64,000 bases of DNA from Macrostomum hystrix. Taxonomy: Eukaryota > Animalia > Platyhelminthes. The notes under the pieces were generated by a model. That model was given only the letters and a program-made list of their open reading frames with translations. It did not search any database and was not told where the DNA came from. A program made the translations under genes and the position numbers. Within the stretch, counting starts at the first letter, position 1. Every line of letters begins with the position of its first letter. The stretch covers positions 2,046,001 through 2,110,000 of the forward strand of contig CATNEN010000039.1 of NCBI GenBank assembly GCA_950097015.1, in the 5' to 3' direction. Positions 53,454-64,000 of this stretch are shown one piece after another.

Positions 53454-53459
53454 AATAAA
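53454..53459 (+). promoter_or_regulatory. Candidate polyadenylation signal (AATAAA) of the giant gene
   Basis: First AATAAA I found after the stop, ~230 nt downstream of the TGA at 53221-53223. Confidence 0.55.
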
Positions 53460-54109
53460 CTAGATTTCATCTGGCATTCCAAACTGGCTTCGGTGCCGAG
53501 TCGGCTTCCGCTTATTCATTTGTTGCAGGCTTGATTGAGAACTTAGGTTAGAGTGCGGGGCGGGAATCGGGTTGCAGCCCGAACAGTTCGGCACTCACTA
53601 TTGAATACAGTCAACTATAATTAATATGCTAAGCTCCGAACTTTCTTAGTTGTCCCATTGCACGAGTATTACTCATAGCCATAAATTGTTGATTGATGAT
53701 AATTTGTAGCCAATTACAAGAAACAGCATGTAGGATTCTAGGCAAGCACCGTTGCAGATAAAATGCAGCTTTTATAGTGTATTGATCGAAACGGAGAACA
53801 ATGTACAATGCGGCTTTGAGTTGTACATGCAATTTACCATATGCTATTAAAATGCACTGATCAGCACACACCAACACTAGAATAACAGGGCGAGGATTGT
53901 GAGGCCGAAGAAAAGTAATAACAGCATGATAGCAGCAACAATGTATGACTGCCTCTTAGAAATAGAGTTCACACAGATTTTACTAAACAAACTTGCACGG
54001 AAACTTACAAAAGTGAAAGCGAATCGCCATGCAAACTATTCAAATGCCACAGAACTTTTGTGTCCGACTCCAAGCAAAAGTACAAACAGAAAAAATAATT
54101 TTCTGGTTG

Positions 54110-57100
54110 CTAGGCAACAGTTGCTGGGACAGATTTAGCGATTTTGAAAACGGAACGCACAGCCAGTAAAGTGAAGAGGCCCGTCCCGGCCCACACGGCC
54201 AGGCGTAGCGGTCGGCTGTGCCGCAGGCGACTGCGCGGCTCAAGCAGAAACTCGGCGTCGCCAGCCAGCTCTTTGGCCACGTCGCGAGCGCCAGGAAAAG
54301 TGGACATGGCGACCAGGATCTCCTGACCGGAGCTACGGCTACGCAAGTCGGCCAGCCCGTATCTGCGGCAGATAGAAGATATTTGACACTACACTGACAG
54401 ATCACCACTAACCTACTCAGACACAACAAAATACTCACTCAGACACACACCAACCTACTCAGACACACCAAAATACTCACTCAGACACACACCAACCTAC
54501 TCAGACACAACAAAATACTCACTCAGACACACACCAACACCTACACCTGCGCAATCTGCTGGTGTCACCCATTGTCTTTCCATAGAAATATTCGCACCTC
54601 GCAACCAGGTCCCTGACCCAGAGCAGGTCGATCAGGCCTCCGTCGCATCGGCGCAGCACAAGCACGGGCGGCCTACGCGACTCCGGATCTGGCGCGTCCA
54701 GCCTAACGCAGTGCTGCCTGGCCTTGATGAGGTTGACGCGATTCGCCCGGCTCTCCAGGACTCGCCGGTAGGCCGCAAAGCTCGGGCGCCGCACTGCGGA
54801 CAGGAAGCGAAACAGCAGGCAGGGCTTATGGGAAGGACTCTTTGACTCCTGACACACCTGACTCTGCTTGACCCACCAGACTTTCCTTGACCCACCAGAT
54901 TCTCCTTGACCCACCAGAGTCTCCTTGACCCAAAAGTGTGTTTTTGACCCACCAGACTTTCCTTGACCCACCAGACTCTGCTTGACCCACCAGAGTCTCC
55001 TTGACCCACCAGAGTCTCCTTGACCCACCAGTCTCCTTGACCCACCAAATTCTCCTTGACTCACCAGACTCTGCTTGACCCACCAGATTCTGCTTGACCC
55101 ACCAGAGTCTCCTTGACCCACTAGAGTCTCCTTGACCCACCAGGCTCTCCTTGTCACACCAGACTGACTATGATATCAGGGATCTGAAAATGTTTCACTA
55201 AATCAGACAAAACTTCCTTAGACCTTGTTTTCCAACCTCTAATCTGTACTTAATCGTATTCTCACCGAAGTCGACACCAGCGTTCTTATCGGCGTCAACC
55301 GTTGAGCCGGGCCGCAGGCTCAGCAGCAGCATCCGATGCGCCACTCTCAGGAACACTTCGCCAGCCATAAACGCGTCCCATCCAGCCCTGTGTGCCGCTG
55401 CCCAGCCGACGGCGATTGGCCCGGAGCATTGATGGCGAATCTTGGGCGCCGAGCCGGCGGTGCCGTTGCCAGAAGCGTCCTCGGCAGACAGAGCGGCGTG
55501 GGCCTCGGTCAGCGCCCCGACTGGCAGGCTAGACAGGCCGCTGGCGCTGCAGCTTCTCAACTCGTACAGCAGGTGCTTGGTGTCCCAAACTAGCGGCGTC
55601 AGTTGGCGAAAGCTCTGCGCTTTCCAAGCTTCATAGTCGGCCGGCAGGGACCGATAAAAGTACTGGTACATGGCCAGCAGGTCTATGAAGCAGTTGTGCC
55701 CGACAATAGGCTTGCGCAGGTTAGCCAGCGCGCGAAATATTCTGGAGAAGCCGACACAGCGCAGAGCGAAGGCCTCTGTTTCGTCAGCAGCGGCTTTCGC
55801 TGCCTCAGAAGCTGCAGTCTGCGAGACAAGTTAAATAAGTTAAGTCTAATTTGCCAAGCACGTGTTATATACGCTTTCACCATTGAGATTATCACCTTGA
55901 GCTGCCGTACAGTCCAGAGCACGCAGCCGTCGGGCTGCAGAATTTCAGGGTCGGGATCGTCTAGGCACGGCGGCTCGCTAAGTAGCACGAGCTGATAGCC
56001 GTCTGCCACTGTCGTGGCCGACTGGAGTCGAGTTGCCAGGGCGGTCCGAACGCCATGTGAGCTCAGGCAGCCGATGCGGCGGACGGGAACCCGGGCCGCG
56101 CCGGCTGGAACTGCCGACAGGCAGGTGGCGATTCTGAAACAATGCAAGCATTCAAGGGCATGAGGCATGGGCAGAGCGGACTGAGGACTGGGGCAGAGCG
56201 GACTGAGGAATGGGGCAGAGCGGACTGAGGAATGGGGCAGAGCGGACTGAGGAATGGGGCAGAGCGGACTGAGGAATGGGGCAGAGCGGACTGAGGAATG
56301 GGGCAGAGCGGACTGAGGCATGGGCAGAGCGGACTGAGGAATGGGGCAGAGCGGATGTGAGGCATGGGCAGAGCGGACTGAGGACTGGGGCAGAGCGGAC
56401 TGAGGAATGGGGCAGAGCGGACTGAGGAATGGGGCAGAGCGGACTGAGGCATGGGCAGAGCGGACTGAGGAATGGGGCAGAGCGGATGTGAGGCATGGGG
56501 AGAGCGTGGAACTATTAGATGGGGGAGAGCGAATCGACAAAGCGCCTTTAAAAGCCGCATAATTCACAATAATAAAGTAATAATAATTGATTAAACCTGC
56601 CTCAATTGGGTCACATGTGAAGCCGCAGCTAAGGCTGCGTACAGCTGCTCAGTCCATGACAGGGGGACGCAACACCACCCGTATTTTCCCCCAGGTAAAA
56701 ATCATCACCATGCTCACCTCTCCGCTTCGACACCAAGAGCGTCTTCGTCCGCGGCGCCCAGCGTCTCACCTCCGGCACCGTCGGACTTCAAGAGTCGCCG
56801 CAGCTGGGCCTCCTGGTCCTCATTCAGATAGTAGGCTCCGCAATCCACCACGCGGTTCAAATCCAAGCTGTGCCGGCGTAGAAACTCCAGACTGGCGGCT
56901 GTGCAGGTGAACTCCAGACCCAGCGGCTGGTAGGGGGCCGGGTAGAGTGGGAAATTGTACACCCGCGCCTCCCACTCATTGTCGAAGCCGTCGCCGATGG
57001 GCAGGCGGCGAAACGCGGCCAGGCCGAATTCCAGCACGGCGCTCTGGCGCAAGGCGGTGCGGCATTTCGCGTAGCGATCGGCCGGAGCGTCGAAGAAGCT

Positions 57101-57223
57101 GCGGCGCGCCCCAGCCGTCTCGATGCCGGTGTACTCGCCGTCTATGGCCACGAAGTCAGCTGAATAGATCGAGTCTAGGATTTCAGGCAGGACGGATTCG
57201 AAACTCTGTCGAGTCACCTCCAT
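54110..57223 (-). CDS. PNLDC1: CAF1/PARN-family DEDDh 3'-5' ribonuclease with C-terminal transmembrane tail (PNLDC1/Trimmer-like), ~598 aa; exons 57223-56718, 56133-55896, 55818-55266, 54793-54547, 54362-54110
   Basis: Motifs MEVTR.SF, FVAIDGEYTGI (D,E), YNFPLYP, SLEFL....DLN, VGFSRIF...KPIVGHNCFID (D), DTK, AHRAGWDAFMAG (H,D), NRVNL...LDAPDP, a degenerate RRM and the hydrophobic tail LAVWAGTGLFTLLAV followed by basic residues. Intron phases are consistent (1797 nt). PNLDC1 rather than PARN is inferred from the TM tail. Confidence 0.85.
54400..54545. repeat. ~19-20-bp CA-rich minisatellite (CTCAGACACAC...) in intron 4 of the PNLDC1-like gene
   Basis: About 6 tandem units. Confidence 0.8.
54860..55160. 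repeat. 19-bp minisatellite (CCTTGACCCACCAGAGTCT) in intron 3 of the PNLDC1-like gene
   Basis: About 15 tandem units; 19-aa periodic pseudo-ORFs. Confidence 0.92.
56158..56505. repeat. 22-bp minisatellite (GGGCAGAGCGGACTGAGGAATG) in intron 1 of the PNLDC1-like gene
   Basis: About 15 tandem units. Confidence 0.92.
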
Positions 57224-57384
57224 GATGGGAGCTGTGGAATGGCGACCGTTTCAGAAAGCCATTAACTGAAGCACGAGCGCCACTTCAGAGCCTCGGATTC
57301 CACAGCTTAATTAGATAAATACCGAAGGGATTGAAAGGACTGGCAGTTCCCGGCGGACTTTAAGGATGCATATGGTAAGATATT

Positions 57385-58345
57385 GAGGGATTGTAGGATA
57401 ATAGGGGATTGTAGGATAATGGGGGATTGTAGGATAATGGGGGCTTGTAGGAGCGCATTGGGAATTGTAGGATAATGAGGGATTGTAGGATAATGAGAGA
57501 TTGTAGGATAATGAGAGATTGTAGGACAATGAGAGATTGTAGGATAATGAGTGATTGTAGGATGATGGGGGATTGTAGGATCATGATGGGGGATTGTAGG
57601 ATAATGAGGGATTGTAGGATAATGGGGGGATTGTAGGATAATGAGAGATTGTAGGACAATGAGAGATTGTAGGATAATGAGTGATTGTAGGATGATGGGG
57701 GATTGTAGGATAATGAGGGAATGTAGGATCATAATGGGGATTGTAGGATAATGAGGGACTGTAGGATCGTAATGGGGGATTGTAGGATAATGAGGGATTG
57801 TAGGATAATAGGAGATTGTAGGATAATGAGAGATTGTAGGATATTGAGAGATTGTAGGATAATGAGAGATTGCAGGACAATGAGAGATTGTAGGATAATG
57901 AGTGATTGTAGGATGATGGGGGATTGTAGGATCATGATGGGGGATTGTAGGATAATAGGAGATTGTAGGATAATGAGAGATTGTAGGATAATGAGAGATT
58001 GTAGGATAATGAGAGATTGTAGGATAATGAGAGATTGTAGGACAATGAGAGATTGTAGGATAATGAGTGATTGTAGGATGATAGGGGATTGTAGGATCAT
58101 GATGGGGGATTGTAGGATAATGAGGGATTGTAGGATAATGGGGGGATTGTAGGATAATAAGAGATTGTAGGACAATGAGAGATTGTAGGATAATGAGTGA
58201 TTGTAGGATGATGGGGGATTGTAGGAAAATGAGGGAATGTAGGATCATAATGGGGATTGTAGGATAATGAGGGATTGTAGGATAATGAGGGATTGTGGGA
58301 TAATTAGGGATTGTAGGATAGTGAGGGATTTAAGGATTATTGGAG
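57385..58345. repeat. 18-bp minisatellite (GAGATTGTAGGATAATGA), ~50 units, between MRPS35 and PNLDC1-like
   Basis: Direct tandem repetition; 6-aa periodic pseudo-ORFs. Confidence 0.95.
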
Positions 58346-58732
58346 AAAAAACGATCGAGACGGATTTTCGGATAATGGGGATTTAGGATCATGGGAGACT
58401 TTAGGATCTCAGGGACCATAGGATCCTGAGAATTATATGGTCTAACTGATTCGAACATTTAGGCTTGAAACGGCTTGAAAATGACAACCGCTAGTTGAAA
58501 CTAAATAGTAGAATGATTAGAAAAGCAGGACAAAATCGATTTGGAAATGGGCCAGTTTTCTAGTTGGAAAATGCTTTCACGGCAGAGGGGCCAACAAGCT
58601 CCCGTGTTCCAGCTGCGCCAGGCTGTGGCTGTTTATTTATTAAAACTTATTTACTCTTCGACTGCCCGCAATGCAACTGTTCAAGCAGATTTGGGATTAC
58701 TAAGGGATTATTAAATGGGATTATCTGTCAAA

Positions 58733-61700
58733 CTAAGCGGATGTAGGAGAATGCTCCACGGCAGCTTCAGTGACCGGCCTTCTGGGGTTTGGCGTCTTCG
58801 GCGGTGAAGCCTTCTGCAAGGCGGATGAGGGGCGGGAAAACTAATGTGAGTCGCAATGTGCCAAGCCAACTTTCAATAATCCGATCCGATCAGTCTGTTT
58901 AACCAACTATCCGATCAGTCTGTTTAATCAACTATCCGATCAGTCTGTTTAATCAACTATCCGATCAGTCTGTTTAATCAACTATCCGATCAGTCTGTTT
59001 AACCAACTATCCGATCAGCCTGTTTAACCAACTATCCGATCAGTCTGTTTAACCAACTATCCGATCAGTCTGTTTAACCAACTATCCGATCAGCCTGTTT
59101 AATCAACTATCCAATCGGATCAGCCTGTTTAACCAACTATCCGATCAGTCTGTTTAATCAACTATCCGATCAGTCTGTTTAACCAACTATCCGATCAGTC
59201 TGTTTAATCAACTATCCGATCAGTCTGTTTAACCAACTATCCGATCAGTCTGTTTAACCAACTATCCGATCAGTCTGTTTAACCAACTATCCGATCAGTC
59301 TGTTTAATCAACTATCCGATCAGTCTGTTTAACCAACTATCCGATCAGTCTGTTTAACCAACTATCCGATCAGTCTGTTTAACCAACTATGGGATCAGTC
59401 TGTTTAACCAACTATCCGATCAGTCTGTTTAATCAACTATCCGATCAGTCTGTTTAACCAACTATCCGATCAGTCTGTTTAACCAACTATGGGATCAGTC
59501 TGTTTAACCAACTATCCGATCAGTCTGTTTAACCAACTATCCGATCAGTCTGTTTAACCAACTATCCGATCAGTCTGTTTAACCAACTATCCGATCAGTC
59601 TGTTTAATTAACTATCCGATCAGTCTGTTTAACCAACTATCCGATCAGTCTGTTTAACCAACTATGGGATCAGTCTGTTTAACCAACTATCCGATCAGTC
59701 TGTTTAACCAACTATCCGATCAGTCTGTTTAATCAACTATCCGATCAGTCTGTTTAACCAACTATCCGATCAGTCTGTTTAATCAACTATCCGATCAGTC
59801 TGTTTAATCAACTATCCGATCAGTCTGTTTAACCAACTATCCGATCAGTCTGTTTAATCAACTATCTGATCAGTCTGTTTAACCAACTATCCGATCAGTC
59901 TGTTTAACCAACTATCCGATCAGTCTGTTTAACCAACTATCCGATCAGTCTGTTTAACCAACTATCCGATCAGTCTGTTTAACCAACTATCCGATCAGTC
60001 TGTTTAATCAACTATCCGATCAGTCTGTTTAATCAACTATCCGATCAGTCTGTTTAATCAACTATCCGATCAGTCTGTTTAATCAACTATCCGATCAGTC
60101 TGTTTAACCAACTATCCGATCAGTCTGTTTAATCAACTATCCGATCAGTCTGTTTAACCAACTATCCGATCAGTCTGTTTAATCAACAGTTTATTAAGCT
60201 GTCCACCAGTCTATCAGTCGACGAAGCCGCCGAGCTGACCTTTCCCGTGGCCGCCGAGATGCCGCCGCCAGTGCCCAGCAGCAGGTGCTCCACGGCCCTC
60301 CCGTAGTTGCGCCAGCTGTCGTGAGTTTCACCGTCGCCACCCTCCTCCGGCGAGCGATGCAGCCGCTGCAGAGCCGTGCGATAGTCGGACACAGCCGAAG
60401 GTGCTGGCTGGCGTGGCAGCTTGGCCAGCTTCTCCTGGCTGGAACTGCGGGCGAACTCGTAGAGCCGATTATCTGCCCAAGCCTTGTCGGCCTCCCATGC
60501 CTCGAGGCGTAGCGATTGGCTGTAGAGAGCGGACAGTGCGTACATCAGGTAGTCATAGTTTTGACGACGCCACGGGCAGCGATCTGACCACATGCGCAGT
60601 TGCCGGACGCGAGTAGTTGGGTCCGTGTCCACGCTAGCGAAGCTGGAGAAGCTGACTAGCTGAAGCAGCTTGTCTAGGGATCTGGATTGCAGAGCGGAGT
60701 TAATGGCTGGGTGTCCGGAAGGTGATGTAGGGCATCGGTAAAACATTTCTAAGGCATGTGGAGGGAAAAGACAACGGGGGCATTGCAAATAGCCACTGCC
60801 TACTTCACGATGGCTCCCGAACCGAATGACCGATTTTTGTTAAAGTCCACCACATGGATCAACATTTTCCGCCCTTTACGATGAACTTTCAAAACCGTCC
60901 GACGTCAGCATCGTCTAGATATTCAGCGATGATTGACAACTAATATTGCTCAGTATAAAACTCAATATCGAATCCATATTGAACCTCGTATTGAGGTGCT
61001 TTTTGCCACCAGATACCACGACGAGAATCGTTGAATATCTCGACGATGCCGATGTCGTATGATTCTGGAAGTTGTTTCATAGAATGGAGCGAAGAAGCTT
61101 TGCCCGTATTTTGCGTTTTCATTGCCATTGGTTGAATATTTTGGGAGACAGAAAAAAGAAACATAAGGGTCTTTCTACTGCTAAGGGAAATACGCAGGGA
61201 AGCCCCACCTCTCATCCAGCTGGGTCAGCCGGTCCAGGCGGAGGCTAATCTCGACCCTTTGCGCCCGGTCATCCCGAATGTTGTTCCCGGCGCGCACGTA
61301 GTCCGTCGAAACCACGCGTAGCGGTAGTTGCTTAGCAACCAAATCGGCATTTTTCAACGCCTCAGGCCAAGGAGTGCACAGGTGACGCATAGCTGCGCAG
61401 TGAGCAGTCACGTGGGCCGGGGTCAGGTGCAGGAAATTCGGCACCTTAATGAGCTCCGTGTTGCCCCATTTGTTAGGCGAGATGCCGGCATTCTCCGTAG
61501 CATTGTTTGGACGGCCCTGGCGCAACGGCAGCGGCACAACGGCCGGGTGGAAGGTGCGCGCCGCCGGCCAAACGCTGCTCCAGCTGCTCTGCGCCGGGCG
61601 CATTCTGGCGCACCGCGGCAGCAGCGGATGCCGACTGCGGCGCAGGGGCGGCTTCTCCGCCTCCTTCGTGAGGCCGGGCACGACCAGGGTGCGAAAGCCG

Positions 61701-61966
61701 GCGCCGGTTGACGCTGCGGCCGCGGCGACGTCGTTGGCGTCCAGACCGGCAAAGCCGGCCCGACGAGAGCCGCTGCGCCGTCCCTGCAGCGCCGAGCCAC
61801 CGTCGGCCTCCTCACCGATCGTCCAGACGTCTTCGTCGGCCGCGCCGGAGCTGGAGCTCGGGCTGGTGGCATCTGGCGACGAGGCGAACGCGCGACAACT
61901 GCGACTGCCGGGTAGCAACCGCTTGACGACGCTGGCTAGCAACAGCAGCCGATTGGTTGGCGTCAT
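58733..61966 (-). CDS. MRPS35: Mitochondrial 28S ribosomal protein S35; exons 61966-61209, 60681-60240 and a tentative last exon 58813-58733 (alternatively exon 2 reads through to the stop at 60183)
   Basis: N-terminal basic mitochondrial-presequence-like segment. Conserved WSSVWPAARTFHPAVVPLPLRQG, KWGNTELIKVPNFLHLTP.HV..HC.A....CT.WP, DKL..LV, DRCP.RRQNYDY..Y.L..LY..S...EAWE. The phase-2 intron 61208-60682 joins the two blocks. The last exon is less certain. Confidence 0.88.
58880..60190. repeat. 25-bp minisatellite (CCGATCAGTCTGTTTAA[C/T]CAACTAT), ~52 highly homogeneous units
   Basis: Head-to-tail units without spacers; only C/T and occasional CC>GG variants. Confidence 0.97.
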
Positions 61967-62159
61967 GCCTGGAATGTGTGCGATAACCAGTGGAAGCCAA
62001 CACCATCCGATATGTATAAAAAATTAAAACAAATACTAAAAACTATTGCAGATTCAAAAAGCAGCGCCAGAGAGCTGTCACTGACGGTCTTAGCTAAGTC
62101 CTAACAATGCTCAGTCAATGCTCGCTGCTGTAATACTAATATTAGTTAACTCGAATAAT

Positions 62160-62450
62160 ATACTTCATTACACTTGCCACGATCGGGACAGATGTGCAGC
62201 CGACAGCGCAGCCGCAGCTATTGCGCGGTGAATCTGAAGGCTGCTTACGGCAGTTCAGTCCATGGACTGGGAGGACGCCACACCTACCCTCAATTACCCC
62301 TGCTGATGCTGGTACCCATTTAACAACTGGGTGGACTGAATCAATGCATAGTTAAGTGTCTTGCTAAACGATACGGACTGTTTAGTGGAGTAGGAAATCG
62401 AACCCCCGACCTTCGGGTGGTGAGTCCGGGGCTCTAACCACAAGACTACA
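62160..62450 (-). mobile_element. tRNA-derived CORE-type SINE
   Basis: Minus strand: A box TGGTTAGAGC, B box GGTTCGATTTC, then TTAGCAAGACACTTAAC...TCAGTCCACCCAGTTGTTAAATGGGTACC, resembling the CORE domain. Tail fragments (CCGCAGCTA...CAGTCCATG) recur at ~8915-8985 and ~56610-56670. Confidence 0.7.
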
Positions 62451-63367
62451 ACCCCCAACAAGGCTACAACTACTTATAGTACTACTTATAAGAAGAAATC
62501 AATTTAAGCATCCAAGTCTCGGTGTTGCTGACCATTAGCTTGCTCCAGTCGCTAAGGTAACATGTCTTTTCATTTATCATAAGGACATTTTATTGTTAAA
62601 AAACAAAATTTGACATTGAGAACTGGCCAAACACAGAGGCATAGCAAGCAGGTGTGGATTTTAGTCAATTAAAAAACGGGCTAGCATATATATCAAACAG
62701 AAGACCAGAAAAGAAGCTGGCCCGCACTAAAAGTGCAAAGAATTGTTTCAATTGAAACGGTTTCTAAAGAATTTTCATATTCATAATTCCATGAAGCATG
62801 CAGTTAGTATTCAAATGACCAGTCGATAATGAATAAAAAAATGCCGGACTTCAATTACCAGCAATAGACACTGGTTTTAGTCGCCGCATGACACTCGACG
62901 GGTCTTCTATTAGTGCGAAGCGAAGGCAAGTACTCTGGTGACAGAAGCACTCACCATCACTACCAGAGCCAGATAGAATACATAGAGCTAGCAAAACACA
63001 AACCAGGCAGGCAGAGAAGCTCCCAAAATAGCATTCAATCAACTAACAGAGGACTCAAAGCAGAGTGGGCTGAAAACAAAGACATGCGAGATCAGTACAG
63101 GTGGGGCTTGCTACAGATCAAACTCAAACTGTACTGTTGGTCCGAGATATAAACTATTTTTAGTACTTAAGTAGCAAGTGCAGAAGGAGGGACATGTGGG
63201 ATAAATAGGAAGCTAATTAGCATTAAAATGGGCTGGAAGCTAAATCTAATCTTTAAAGAGTAAGTCCAAATTAACCACTACACAAAGCAGGAAAGGCAGA
63301 AAACAAGCCTCAATTTTAGGCAATTGGTTGGTTAAAACAAAACAAATGAAATCTAAAAACCCTAAAG

Positions 63368-63742
63368 TCTAGCCAGGGGATGTGAGGAGTTTGGAAACCT
63401 AGCCTGAGGATCTGGGAAGGTTGGAAACCTAGCCTGAGGATCTGAGGAGGTTGGAAACCTAGCCTGGGGATCTGGGGAGGCTGGCAATCTAGCCTGAGGA
63501 TCTGGGGAGGTTGGAAACCTAGCCTGAGGATCTGGGGAGGTTGGAAACCTAGCCTGAGGATCTGGGGAGGTTGGAAACCTAGCCTGGGGATCTGGGGAGG
63601 CTGGCAATCTAGCCTGAGGATCTGGGGAGGTTGGAAACCTAGCCTGAGGATCTGGGGAGGTCGGAAACCTAGCCTGAGGATCTGGGGAGGTTGGAAACCT
63701 AGCCTGAGGATCTGGGGAGGTTGGAAACCTAGCCTGAGGATT
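63368..63742. repeat. 30-bp minisatellite (GGTTGGAAACCTAGCCTGAGGATCTGGGGA), ~12 units
   Basis: Direct tandem repetition. Confidence 0.95.
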
Positions 63743-63833
63743 GTAAAATGGGAGTATATAATTTCGGTAGGTAAGGAAAGCGGGAGCAGACTATCCAAGG
63801 ATCCAAGGATCATCGTGGACTCCACAGACGTCA

Positions 63834-64000
63834 TTACAATTGCGACTGTGTCTGGAAGGCCAGGCCAAACATGGAGGTGACAAAAGTGGCGAACAGGGAC
63901 CAGAACAGGCCGAAGCTCAGCAGGCCACCGGCGGTCTGCGGCGAGGCCAGAGAGCGCAGCTCGTCAACTTTGCCGGTGAGCTCAGAAACCAGCGGATCGT
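63834..64000 (-). CDS. Probable 3' end of an upstream gene encoding a membrane protein (partial)
   Basis: Open minus frame from the window edge: DPLVSELTGKVDELRSLASPQTAGGLLSFGLFWSLFATFVTSMFGLAFQTQSQL*. Exon-like GC3-rich codons and a hydrophobic C-terminal helix. Confidence 0.5.
   Translation of the reverse strand, partial: DPLVSELTGKVDELRSLASPQTAGGLLSFGLFWSLFATFVTSMFGLAFQTQSQL

Noticed and set aside
58880-60190. CRISPR-like look of the 25-bp array (and of 17490-17862)
   Set aside because: Units are head-to-tail with no unique spacers, there are no cas genes, and the context is eukaryotic introns.

Overview
Eukaryotic (animal) genomic DNA with GT-AG introns, GC-rich exons and minisatellite-filled introns. 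The style suggests a Macrostomum-type flatworm, but that is inference only. The window is dominated by one complete 25-exon gene on the + strand (17291-53223). Spliced by hand it gives 31,086 nt, or about 10,361 aa, with consistent intron phases. It encodes a giant secreted SCO-spondin/hemolectin/gel-mucin-like glycoprotein with this order: signal peptide, EMI-like, EGF, TB-like, 3x VWD-C8-TIL (GDPH in the third), 5-6 LDLa, 15 copies of a Cys-bracketed ~150-aa discoidin-like module (8 of them in an essentially identical 654-bp tandem array), three Ser/Thr/Pro repeat arrays in a single 16-kb exon, ~7 TSP1, TIL/VWC-like modules and a C-terminal cystine knot. It is a candidate mucus or bioadhesive structural protein. 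The window also holds the last exon of a heparan sulfate 3-O-sulfotransferase with an Arg-rich insertion, and a decayed RTE-like non-LTR retrotransposon. On the minus strand lie a tail-anchored PNLDC1/Trimmer-like DEDDh nuclease, MRPS35 and the 3' end of a membrane-protein gene (possible operon). There are tRNA-derived SINEs and many minisatellites. No database searches were run; all family calls rest on motif recognition.
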